From: Octopus bimaculoides
Taxonomy: Eukaryota
DNA length: 45,149 bases
Assembly (NCBI RefSeq): GCF_001194135.2
Contig: NC_068995.1
Coordinates: forward strand, 37,390,761-37,435,909
Reading direction: 5' to 3'
Shown here: positions 23,721 to 35,180 of the stretch, one piece after another
Numbering within the stretch: position 1 is the stretch's first letter
How the letters are laid out: each line of letters begins with the position of its first letter
Translations under genes and position numbers: made by a program
Notes under the pieces: generated by a model
The model's input: only the letters and a program-made list of their open reading frames with translations
Databases searched by the model: none
What the model was told of the DNA's origin: nothing

Positions 23721-24329
23721 AGTCGTATTGTAATAAAGATTGTCTCTCTCGCCTTGTTTTCTTCGCCACCCCGAAATGATTTGGCTTTTAAGTGGGTAAC
23801 AGAAGCAATGAATGACAAGAGAAATATTAAATTGATAAGAAGTTGCCGGTATAGAGTATGTATGTATGTATGTATGATATTCACTCTGTTTCTCTGTCTC
23901 TCCCTCAGTCCCCCCCTCTCTCTCTCTATCACAATATGAACATTATTTTGTGTGTGTGTCTACGTGCGTTATTTGTTTAAAGTACTTGCTGCATTTTCTT
24001 TAGGTGTATACGTGCTTAGGGGTGTGTATGGCTATTTTACCCAAAGCCCCGTCAAATCAGGCGAATTAGAAGGAATCTCTGAGACACTGGCTGGCAGGAC
24101 TGCTAAGCAAGGGAATTAATTTACCATTTTTAGTCCATCATTCTTTTGATATTTTCATTTACTTTTTTAGAATCATCTCAATTCAGGTCAACCCGAAAAC
24201 ATGTGAAAGTTGGACACAGAGTCTTTACCTCCACGCCTCCCCAGTCTCAGTGGAATATGTCGCTCGTTTTTCTCAGCAGATACGTTTAATAGTCTAAGTA
24301 CTTACATGATAATAGTGGGGCTTTGGCGG

Positions 24330-24790
24330 AGCTGGTGTAGGTGGTAGTTTTTGGGCGAGGGATCGGTGATAGGGGTTTTGGCGTAAATGGTGATGGTGGT
24401 GGTGGTGGTGGTAGAGATAGTATATTTCATGGTGTTTGCTATCAGAGGTTACTGGTTTTATTCATGTGGGTTATGATGGTGCTTGTTAAAGGGTGGAGGT
24501 GGCCCTTTAGGTAAGGAGAGATGGTGGATGTGCGGCTGGTGGTGGTATGGCTAGGTGACATAAGTAACGGCGGTGGTAGTTGGTGACATGTGGTGTTAAT
24601 GTTAGCGCTGGTTATGAGGGTAACGGTGGTGAAAGTAGTTTTGATAAATATAGTGATGGTGAAAGTGGTAAGAGTGATTGTAGCAGATGGTGATAGTTTT
24701 GTGGTTGTAGTTATGGTAAGGGCACTGGTGGAGTGGTAGTGAAGGCGGTAGTATTAGTAGTAGCTATGATAAATATTTTAGTGATAATGA
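24330..24790. repeat. GGT/TGG-rich cryptic low-complexity tract
   Basis: Degenerate (GGT)n/(GAT)n, strongly G/T-skewed. Confidence 0.8.
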
Positions 24791-25247
24791 TGATGGGTTT
24801 GGGGGAATGTGTAGAACCTAGAAGTGGAAACATTTACTTATTTATTTATTTATTTATTCATTGCGGAAAGGATGAAGACGATAGTAAGGATGATATTGGG
24901 GCGGTGCTGAATATTAACATTTTTAACACACAAGCCTTCTTACGAACTCTGGGAAAACGTGTATTTAATTATCTTACCCATTTATTTTAAGATACACGCG
25001 CGTTCAAAAGTATGCTCTTACAAACACACTCATATGCGTATGTGTGTTTCCTAATGGGTATATATATATATATATATATATATANNNNNNNNNNNNNNNN
25101 NNNNNNNNNNNNNNNNNNNNNNNNNNNNNNNNNNNNNNNNNNNNNNNNNNNNNNNNNNNNNNNNNNNNNNNNNNNNNNNNNNNNNNNNNNNNNNNNNNNN
25201 NNNNNNNNNNNNNNNNNNNNNNNNNNNNNNNNNNNNNNNNNNNNNNN

Positions 25248-25387
25248 AAACCCCGGTACTCATCCAATCTCTTTCTTTTGCCAAACTTCTAAATTACAGG
25301 GACGCAAACACACCAGCACCGGTTGTAAAGCGGTCGGTGGTGGGGGCAAAAAACAGACGCAAAGTCACACACACGCGTATGTATGTA

Positions 25388-25420
<33 letters not shown>

Positions 25421-25571
25421 GTTTCTTTCCGTTTCTGTCCGCTAGATCCGCCCACAAAGCTTTGGTCGGTCCAAGCCTGCAGAAGAAGACACTTGCTCAA
25501 GGTATCGTGCTGTGGGATTGAACCTGGAACTATGTGGTTGAGAAGCAAGCTTCTTACCACACAGCCGCATC
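25248..25571 (-). mobile_element. SINE family A (3' end lost in gap)
   Basis: gaagacacttgctcaagg...aagcttcttaccacacagccgc head, internal (TA)/(TG), cttttgccaaacttctaaattacagggacgcaaacacacc. Confidence 0.85.
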
Positions 25572-25924
25572 TATATAGATTTATACACACCCATATATAT
25601 GTACGTGCGTATATATATATCTATGTGAATATATTTATATCATTAAATGTATCAATACGCGATCTGTTGCTCATTAACTTCTTCCTGTCATTAGAATTAA
25701 GCTATACCGGAGCAGCGCCTTCAAGAATTTAGAGTATCAAATAGACACCGTTACATATAAGGCGGTGCGGCTGTAAAGCGAGCGGTATAATAGATACCAG
25801 GCTTTCAAAATTCGATACATATTCTATTGACCCTTTACATTTCCTAACCACTAATCTCCAGGGAAGAAAGCAACACGCACTAGCTGATATACGCTGAAAC
25901 ACAAAAACTAGTTAATACGCATAC

Positions 25925-26070
25925 ATAAATCTACAACGAGTTTCTACACAGTTTAGGTCTAACAAGTTCACTCATAAGACGTTGGTCATCCCCGGTTGAT
26001 GTAGAAGATATTTGTCTGAAGCAGGACTGAAACCTAAACCGCATGGTTGTATAGGAGACTTCTTAAATAT
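25925..26070 (-). mobile_element. Degenerate SINE family A 5' half
   Basis: gagtttctacacagttt...aagttcactcataagacgttggtc...gtagaagatatttg...aaccgcatggttg. Confidence 0.5.
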
Positions 26071-26091
26071 AAAGAAATATCTGCGCCATGT

Positions 26092-26335
26092 ATTCTTTTA
26101 TTGCTTTACTTATTTACTTGTTCCAGTCATTTGACTGCGGCCATGCTGGAGCACCGCCTTGTGGGGGTGGGGTAGTCGAAGAAATTGACCCCAGGGTCTA
26201 TTAGTCTTTTTTAAAGCTTAGTACTTATTCTATCAACCCTTTTTGCCGAACTGCTAACCTATGGGGACGTAAACACAACAACACCGGTTTTCAAAGCGGT
26301 GATGGGGATGGACAAACACAGCCACAGAGACACAC
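26092..26335 (-). mobile_element. SINE family A 3' half
   Basis: ttacttgttccagtcatttgactgcggccatgctggagcaccgcc...agtacttattctatc...ggggacgtaaacac, then microsatellite and gap. Confidence 0.88.
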
Positions 26336-26352
26336 ACACATACATACATACA

Positions 26353-26388
<36 letters not shown>

Positions 26389-27004
26389 TATACATATNNN
26401 NNNNNNNNNNNNNNNNNNNNNNNNNNNNNNNNNNNNNNNNNNNNNNNNNNNNNNNNNNNNNNNNNNNNNNNNNNNNNNNNNNNNNNNNNNNNNNNNNNNN
26501 NNNNNNNNNNNNNNNNNNNNNNNNNNNNNNNNNNNNNNNNNNNNNNNNNNNNNNNNNNNNNNNNNNNNNNNNNNNNNNNNNNNNNNNNNNNNNNNNNNNN
26601 NNNNNNNNNNNNNNNNNNNNNNNNNNNNNNNNNNNNNNNNNNNNNNNNNNNNNNNNNNNNNNNNNNNNNNNNNNNNNNNNNNNNNNNNNNNNNNNNNNNN
26701 NNNNNNNNNNNNNNNNNNNNNNNNNNNNNNNNNNNNNNNNNNNNNNNNNNNNNNNNNNNNNNNNNNNNNNNNNNNNNNNNNNNNNNNNNNNNNNNNNNNN
26801 NNNNNNNNNNNNNNNNNNNNNNNNNNNNNNNNNNNNNNNNNNNNNNNNNNNNNNNNNNNNNNNNNNNNNNNNNNNNNNNNNNNNNNNNNNNNNNNNNNNN
26901 NNNNNNNNNNNNNNNNNNNNNNNNNNNNNNNNNNNNNNNNNNNNNNNNNNNNNNNNNNNNNAATACATATATATATATATATATATATGTATTTATTTAT
27001 TTAT

Positions 27005-27645
27005 GGGTTTCAACCAAGTGGCTGTGGTCATTCTGGATCACCACCGTGACTTTCCGTCTTTATGCTGTGCTCTCTTCACGTTCCTTGCATGGATCTTCTC
27101 CTCCACCTGATATAGTCCAATCAAGAGTTTTGATGGCACATCTGGTGTATAAGAGAATTTGACATCGCTGCTCTAAACTGTGTCTCATTTGGAGCCATTG
27201 GTTCGTCTGGTATCGTGGAGAGGAAAGTATCGAGTTTTGTTTTAAAGACCTCTATATCCATGTCTTGCAGGTCTCTCAAATGTTTTGGCAGGGCATTGAA
27301 GAGCTGAGGTCCTCTGGAACCGAGGCTGTTGCAGTACCTTGTTCTTATGTGAGATGCAGTGGACGTTACCCTTGGTACCATGCAGTAGCGATCTGTGCGG
27401 GCATTCGTGTAGTACTTGATGCCAAAGTTGGTACCAGTCCTTCCAGTATTTTCCATATGTATATTATTACATATCTCCCCTGCCTGCGCTCCAGGGAGTA
27501 GAGACTTAGAGCCTTCAGTCACTCCCTGTAGTTCATCTGTTGGACTGTGGCGATCTTTTTTGTATAGTGACGCTGAATTGCCTCGAGTTCTGCAGTCCGC
27601 TTAACACTGTGGTGACTACAACTGAGAGCAATACTACTGGATGTA
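27005..27645 (-). mobile_element. CR1-group LINE, 5'-truncated 3' end with 3' UTR
   Basis: ELEAIQRHYTKKI...NYRE*LKALSLYSLERRQGRYVIIYIWKILEG, then RGPQLFNALPKHLR...FKTKLDTFLSTIPDEP; (TAAA)n tail. Confidence 0.88.
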
Positions 27646-27962
27646 CACGTAGGTATAGTATACATCCAGTAGTATATTGGATATTCACTGTCCCTCAGAT
27701 GGTTGCTTAACCTCTAACTCATATATATATATATATATATATATATACGCACACACACACACACAAACATATATGTATTACGTACTCGTACATATACACA
27801 TATCCACATACAAACAAACATACACACACAAGTATATATATGTGTGTATGTGTGTATGTGGCGGGTCTGTGTGTACGCAACTTCAACCTCATATATACAT
27901 AGGCGCTTACATACATACACGTAACAATACATATATATTTTATTTAGACATTTATACGTATG

Positions 27963-27969
27963 AATATAC

Positions 27970-28044
<75 letters not shown>

Positions 28045-28051
28045 GGAGTAA
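27963..28051. repeat. (TA)n microsatellite
   Basis: Read directly from sequence. Confidence 0.95.
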
Positions 28052-28254
28052 GCACATGAAATGTGCAACAAGGTGGAAAAAACTTCTAACAAAACTGTCC
28101 CATGAACGGGAACGTGAAACTCAGAGTAACAGTTTTTTTGTTATATTTCTGCTGCTTTTAAATAAAGTATATATATATATACAAAGAATATATATACATG
28201 TATACACACATATATGTACATACTTACATCTACATGTGTATATATATGCATATC

Positions 28255-28420
28255 AGGGTACAGGACGTTAGAACAATAAACTACAGACAACGGAACGAAC
28301 ACATAGGAAAACGGAAAGCCACTTGGAATATCCCTTCATCAGCTGTCTCTATTCTATCTAGACGTTTCGAAGATAAGACAGAACGTACTCTAGAATAGTC
28401 TCTTCCTGAGTAATATATTT
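28255..28420 (-). mobile_element. Possible Penelope-type terminal repeat, second family
   Basis: Minus strand carries cgaaacgtc and ctgatgaagg motifs seen at Penelope-like termini; bounded by microsatellites. Confidence 0.35.
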
Positions 28421-28468
28421 ATAGTTGTATTTGTATATCGACATATATATATATGGAGATATATACAG

Positions 28469-28544
<76 letters not shown>
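28469..28544. repeat. (CTAT)n microsatellite
   Basis: Read directly from sequence. Confidence 0.95.
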
Positions 28545-28781
28545 GTCTCTCTATATATGTATATATTCATACGTATATCTATATATATGCCAAATGTATA
28601 TCTACAAATGTATGTATGTGCGTGTATATATGCAACAATATATGTAAACCGACTGTTTTTTGAAGCATTGAATGTGTTTCGTGTTATACAGATAAGAAAG
28701 GCGTACTTCGTAAACAGTACAGCCGTGAAAACAGCACAAAAAGTGAGTATTTTACTCTTATAAGACGGAAAAAGTTGTCAC

Positions 28782-28855
28782 CAGACAGCAACGGGACTCG
28801 AACCTGCACCTCACAGGGGCCGGCTGAGTACCCCTACTATTAAGGTAAACTGCCC
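28782..28855 (-). pseudogene. Degenerate tRNA-like gene with Pol III terminator
   Basis: 74 nt; acceptor stem with G-U pairs, D-stem CCTT/AGGG, canonical GGTTCGAGTCC T-loop; aberrant anticodon arm; T5 run 8 nt downstream (28769-28773). Confidence 0.55.
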
Positions 28856-29046
28856 GTTTAATTAAACTGAGGTGAGACGGAAGAGCAAAATGGTCCATGC
28901 ATAGGAGATGGAAGGGGAAATATACTGTGGGAAATTTTCTCATGTGAATTTGTATGCGGTCGTTGTATCCATGCAGAGATTGTATGCATGTACTTATTGC
29001 TATGCGTATGCGTTCTGTGCTTGTGTTGTGTGTGCATTTCTCTTTA

Positions 29047-29112
<66 letters not shown>

Positions 29113-29173
29113 NNNNNNNNNNNNNNNNNNNNNNNNNNNNNNNNNNNNNNNNNNNNNNNNNNNNNNNNNNNNN

Positions 29174-29204
<31 letters not shown>

Positions 29205-29694
29205 TTTCTTTCCTGATGCACGTACGTCTGCTCTTGAGATATCTTTTAATCGGTGTGTACACACACTCACACACACACAAATATGTGTGTGTTAGTGTGT
29301 TAGCGTGTGTTCGTTATGTTGTTATTTGCATGATTTGGTGTTGAAATATATGTGATTATTTCATTGCTTTCAATATATATGAATAGTGGATTTCTCTGTT
29401 TGTTTTGCAGTAAGTGCTTGTGAAAATAGAATATCTATGTAAGTATGTGTGAATACTTGTATGAATATATATATATGTCCATATCTCTCCCTCTTTCTCT
29501 CTCTCAATATATATGTATATATGTACATACATATATATGTGAGTGTGTGTGTGTCTGCGTGTGTAGATGTGTGTATTATTAAACTTTAAGACCTTATATA
29601 TATATAGAAAACTTTTATATATATAAGACTTAGATATATAAATATTTGCATATATAGTCATATATACATGAACATATGTGCATGAACGTATGTA

Positions 29695-29697
<3 letters not shown>

Positions 29698-29737
<40 letters not shown>

Positions 29738-29760
29738 CATTATTATTATTATTATTATTA
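29698..29760. repeat. (TTA)n microsatellite without adjacent retroelement
   Basis: About 21 units, one interruption. Confidence 0.95.
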
Positions 29761-30434
29761 CTATTTCTTTTTTCTTTTTAGAAATAACGTAATTGGATCC
29801 GTTTTATATTTGTAGCTACAATATGACATAAAGAATTTCTGCAGCCATATGATTTATATTGGTACATTTTTACTACAATAATTTTTCTTGTTTTCAACGC
29901 ATTCACAATTTTCTCCTTCAAAGTTAGCTATTTATTTTCTTTCTCTCGCTCAGTTCCTAAAATTATTTCACTACATCATTATTTGTTGCCGTCACCAAAC
30001 ATTTTTTGTTTGTTTTTTGATTGCTCAAATGAATGAGATCATTCAACATTTGAAATTAAACAAACGATTAATCTCAAGGATACAGCTCGACTCCACCCAT
30101 TTTAGATGATGGTATGTTATTTTGGAGCAGTAAATAAATACTAAAACATTGTTTTATGGTCCACACTATTTTATTATGTAAGCTGGCGCGCTGTTACTGT
30201 GTTTTGGTGTATTTTTATATACTTAATTCAAATCCCGATAAGCCTGCCATTGCTTTATACCCAACCGAGGTCGATTGTATAAAGTACACGCTCCCCCGAA
30301 AAATTCCTAGCCTTGTACCGACATGAGAAACATTTTTTTTTTTTTATTTTGCCTCGTAAACAAATCTCTGTAAGCAAAAAACAAAATGATGGAGTGCATC
30401 TCAGTAGTGACCTGATTAAGGATATATTAATATG

Positions 30435-30615
30435 CTGATTTCAAATCTTGGGACAAGGCCAGCATAATAGGTGGAGTGAGTAAAATGATAACATCGACCC
30501 TAGTGCTTGACCGGTGCTGATTTTACCGACCTTGAAAGAATGAATGGCTAAGCCGACCTCGGCGGAATTTGAACTCAGAACATAATGACGGCGGAAATGC
30601 CGCTCTGCATTTTGC
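30435..30615 (-). mobile_element. SINE family B copy
   Basis: tttcaaatcttgggacaaggccagc...ccgacctcggcggaatttgaactcagaac. Confidence 0.8.
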
Positions 30616-31173
30616 TGTACAAATATATCAATTTATTGAAAGCGAATCTAGAGCGGGGGAGCTTTAGATTCAATTATTGCATTTCAATAATTTTCTCTGA
30701 TTTTCATCATTCTCGAATTTGAAAGACATATAGCGGTGCGTAAGCCAACTCAAGAAATCTCTTGTGAGACTTTCTATTGATGAACCTGAAGAGACTCAGA
30801 ACGTACGGGTAAAGATACCGCTTGCTAAAAATTTTAAGCGAAAACATCAACAAACCACGAATTCTACGATAAATATACACACGAGCAATGTAATGAATAT
30901 TTTTTAAAATAGGGCTATTCTTCAGAATAGAATTTCAAGGTAGTCTAATGCATACCCCAATATCAGTTCATTTTATGCCGTGCATGAGAGACATGCTTTG
31001 CAATCTTCAGTTGGAGACAGTATTTAACATCTATTTCTAAAATATTCATTACGTCAACTCGTGTGCCTGTTTCTAAATTTAAACGTCCTGCTCCGTTTAT
31101 AGAGAAAACTATTGTAAACAATAAGAGAGTAAATATGTGAAGTATTATTACTGTTAAAACATTAATAATGAGG

Positions 31174-31315
31174 TGGCTAGCAAGACTTCTACCTAAACAG
31201 GTATAAAATATTTAAAGAAAAGAAGGGTAAAGGTACCGCTTGCTAAAAAATTAAAGCGAAAGCTTAAAAAAACCCCACCAATTCTACGATAAATAGGTAG
31301 AAGGCTTGCTAGCCA
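31174..31315. mobile_element. Small element with 22-bp terminal inverted repeats (MITE-like)
   Basis: tggctagcaagacttctaccta (31174-31195) versus taggtagaaggcttgctagcca (31294-31315), 21/22 complementary; interior repeated at 30807-30875. Confidence 0.5.
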
Positions 31316-31564
31316 ATGAGGTGGCTAGCAATTCGTAGCAAATATAAAAATAACTTCCAGGGACAATAGTGGTTTAGTGAGACTGAAGGTTGTGGAGTTT
31401 TCCGTATCGAAGTCCGATAAACTGAAAAGTAGTAATTTTTATATTTCATGGCAGGTGACCAGGGTTGCCTGGTATGGAAATAAGAATATAAGAGTTAAAG
31501 AATAGAGTTGATAAGATCCGGGCTACATATGTTTCTTTGTGAGCTAAATTTCGAAAGTAATAAC

Positions 31565-31795
31565 TATCCAAGCGAGGTGTAATCCGCAGGCTACGCGTCA
31601 GACCAAGGGTTTCTTGATTGAATGAAAGTTTACATTGTCGCAAGGAGGTTCTTGTTAACACATGGAATTATTCTGATCACATTCCGATCGATTCTTCCAT
31701 GGTTAATAAGCACCTCCTTGCGACAATGTAAAATTTCATTCTATCAAGATGCCCTTGGCCTGACAAGTAGCCACCGGTATACACCTCGCTTGGAT
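31565..31795. repeat. Long imperfect inverted repeat (arms of about 100 bp)
   Basis: 31565-31667 and 31695-31795 are reverse complements with 14 differences by hand alignment; spacer of about 27 nt. Confidence 0.9.
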
Positions 31796-32070
31796 ATTTA
31801 CCATTCCGAGGTTCTGCTCGCTATGAACTGTGTCACATTGAGTTTGTGTGAAGACTAAGCTTATGGGACAAGAGTCCGTAGTATACTCAGTTATAAACAC
31901 ACAGTTCCGTTGATCAAGAAAATTAATATTCCTTTTGCTGATATGTTGCTTCATCTTGTTGAAAACGAGGACTGTTCATAGTGTGTGTGTGTGCATGTGT
32001 TTGCGTGTTTATGTGTGTATTTATATACATATTTATATGTATATAAATAAATAAATGAATATATATGGGT

Positions 32071-32101
<31 letters not shown>

Positions 32102-32128
32102 CACATATGCATATACACACACACACGC

Positions 32129-32176
<48 letters not shown>

Positions 32177-32411
32177 GTATGCACATACACGCTCACACAA
32201 ATGCAATTGATACAGACGTATACGATATATGTATCTAAAAACATTGGCCTCTTCATGGGTGTCTCATTATCATTTATTGCTATTTTCATAACTGTAACTC
32301 TTACGTTTAGTTTTCACACCTTTCAACATCATCCCATGAACATGTGCTGTATATTCTATCATTTCCCGTTTTGAGCGTGTATTTCCTAAATTTGAATTAC
32401 ATTGATCTAAG

Positions 32412-32454
32412 CGTTTCGCTTGGCGTGCTAACTTTTCTGCCAGCTCACCGCCTT
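32412..32454 (-). mobile_element. SINE family B head fragment
   Basis: cgcttggcgtgctaacttttctgccagctcaccgcct. Confidence 0.65.
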
Positions 32455-32750
32455 TAAATTTCCAAATATTACGTAAGCGCTCTAATTGCTATTCTGAAAT
32501 CCCAGAGAGTACCATATGCCTTGAAGACTGGTGCCAAGTCTTTCGAAACTTAGTGACCGAAACTTCTGATTATGTAGGAAAATAATATCGATTATTTTTT
32601 CTGCAGCAATAACAAATATTAATGTTCTTTTCACCACTCTGATGTTTTTGAATGACTAGAAAAAAACACTAGCTTGCTTTCCATCAATCAGTTCTGCTCT
32701 GCTCTAACGTACTTTCTGTGTAGCTGTCTTAATATTTTAGTCGACTAAAT

Positions 32751-32959
32751 CGGTGAGCTGGCAGAAACGTCAGCACGCCGGGCGAAATGCTTCGGGATAT
32801 TTCGTCTGTCTTTACGTTCTGAGTTCAAATTCCGCCGAGGTCGACCTTGCCTTTCATTCTTTCAGAGTCGATAAATTAAGTACCAGTTGCGTATTGATGT
32901 CGATCTAAACGACTGGTCCCCCTCCCCAAATTTCGGGCCTTGTGCCTAGAGTAGAAAAG
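32751..32959 (+). mobile_element. SINE family B, near full length, with 20-bp TSD
   Basis: Well-conserved copy; aatattttagtc(g/c)actaaat at 32731-32750 and 32960-32979. Confidence 0.92.
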
Positions 32960-33349
32960 AATATTTTAGTCCACTAAATGTATGAATAACGTTTTTATCC
33001 TCCCCTTGCAAGTTCCTCCACCATCAAAAACGTAAACTACCTCCTCGAAGCTATCTTCCCAAAAACTATTTTAGAAATTTATTCAGTTAAAATTGTCCCC
33101 TTGAAAATTGTCACCTTTATCAATAATTTAAATACATTATGGGAATTGTAAACTTCTATATTTCATAGAAGGATACTTTTATACACAGCTCAGTGCGTAC
33201 TGTTTTCTGCCTCCCGAACGGCAGCTTTTTCAAACATGTTTCTATCAGCAATAATCCAGAAAAATATCTTACATTCACTGTTTGCGTTGCATCCAACTGT
33301 ATATTAAACCCAGTACTAAATCGATTACCAAACTTTTGTTGTCGCCTCC

Positions 33350-33530
33350 TTCACCTCCCCTCCTTCTCGTTTCCTCCTCCTTCTCGTTTCCTCCTTCTTC
33401 TCCTTTCCTCCTCCTTCTCCTTTCCTCCTCCTTCTCGTTTCCTCCTCCTTCTCGTTCCCTCCTCCTCCTCCTTTCCTCCTCCTCCTCCTTTCCTCCTCCT
33501 TCTCCTTTCCTCCTCCTCCTTTCCTTTTTT
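33350..33530. repeat. About 18-bp polypyrimidine minisatellite
   Basis: Unit approximately TTTCCTCCTCCTTCTC(C/G), about 9-10 degenerate copies. Confidence 0.85.
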
Positions 33531-34499
33531 ACATACTGCTCCTTCCCCTCCTCGTCATTCTCTCATTTTCTGTCTATGTTCTCTCTCTTTCCCCCCTCCT
33601 GTCTCCTTTCTCTCTCTAGAGATTCAACCGTTCTTTTACAAAATGTATCTGTGTCCTATTAAACCTTTATTTGATATATTACTCTTTCTAACAATCTATC
33701 AAATCTTTAAGACAGTTTTAACAATGATTTAATGCCTATAATTGAGAAAAGTGGAAACAGCATACCATTCCGATATCCAGTTCTAGCTGACCACCAATCT
33801 ATCAATGCCATCAATGTAACCAGCGCACCAATGATAGTGCAATCCATGTTTACAGAAGAATCTTGTACTGTTCGTGTTCTATGTCAAAAGAATGGAAAAT
33901 AAGGCTGTGCAGGTATTACTTTAGTATTGATAATTAACTCAGATCAGCTGTTGCCTGAAACCATCCGGCCTTTTATAAATCTAAAGCTAGATTGCCTAAT
34001 GTTTCTATTAGTATAAAAACAAGAAAAATAATAATAACAATAACATTATACCATGTGACCGCAGTGACAAATCTATTTGCTTTTGTCCATAATTTCCTCG
34101 TCGGATATTGCCACATGCTCGACAGTAACAAACTGTTCTCAGTGCTGTCTTTCCAATTCTTATCTGGGTACCATTGATTAAAAGCGAATAGAAAAATAAT
34201 CTATTTCCCCAGGGCATATGAAATTGCAGACAACTTTGAACAAAGAATTAACACCTTCCTTCTGTGCAAAAAATTATTTTCTCAATTCACACGAATAGTT
34301 ATTTCTCAATATTCGCTTCTTAAACTAAGCTTATTCGTATTCAGCAAGCCACTTTGTTTAGCAGGTTTATTATCGATATCAGCAACTTCTGATGTGGAAG
34401 ATATCGGTTTAAACAGTTTTCATATCTTACGACAGTCCCTGCTGACATTCTTTTAGAACAGTTTCACATAAATTCAAACATGGAGAAATTTCCTGGTAG

Positions 34500-35180
34500 T
34501 TGATGTGTGAAGTTAGATCTGGTGTTATAGTGCCGGACCGAGGTGAGCGGACAAAATTCCGATAAGGAATATGAGGGCAACTTCATCTCAGAGGAGGAGG
34601 TGGTCTCCATTTTTCCATACATGATCAGGTATACCCGATTTATATATATCTCCTCGTGTCACAGCTTTGCGATGTTCCTCTACCCTTATTTTGTGGTGGG
34701 TGGCATGTTTCGCCTTTGTATAACCTACCACAGCTGCATGGGAGGGAGTACACGCATTTTTTGGTCGTATTCTCTTCTATTGGTGGTTTTACTCGAAGGA
34801 GATATTTGCGAAGATATTCTTGAATACTGTCCTGATGTCATATGGGCCGAATATCTTTTGTATCTTTTCGGAGAGGCCTTTCACATAGAGTAGACAGACT
34901 GTAGACAGTTTATTGGTTTCATCCCCCCTTTTCTTCATAATTGGAGTAGATAGTATGTTTTGGGGGTAGTTGTTGCTTAATAGATTGTTACTGAGCTTGA
35001 TCATTTCTTCGTGGTGGGTATCACGATCGCTACTTATATTCTTTGCTCGATGTTTTAGACACTGAGCAAACCCTGTCTTTACACTGTGTGGATGGTGGGA
35101 ATTGAAGTTAAGGTATCGTCCAGTGAAGGTCGGCTTGCGGTATACGGATGTCCTGAATCTATACTTGGTGCGTGTTATTA
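34500..35180 (-). mobile_element. Penelope-like element fragment (RT C-terminus and GIY-YIG endonuclease)
   Basis: TSVYRKPTFTGRYLNFNSHHP, YVKGLSEKI, then CVYSLPCSCGRLYKGETC and KIRVEEHRKA...DHVWKNGDH; frameshifted. Confidence 0.9.

Noticed and set aside
24733-24990. Hydrophobic ORF MVVKAVVLVVAMINILVIMMMG resembling a signal or TM peptide
   Set aside because: Arises from a GGT/GAT low-complexity tract; no splice or start context.
28329-28372. CTGATGA and GAAACGTC hammerhead boxes on the minus strand
   Set aside because: The boxes are present but I could not build stems I and II in any standard topology; kept only as a possible Penelope terminus.
33196-33291. Possible symmetric 96-nt minus-strand exon (GCNANSECKIFFWIIADRNMFEKAAVREAEN)
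   Set aside because: Weak acceptor tract, no homology recognised, and no partner exons identified.
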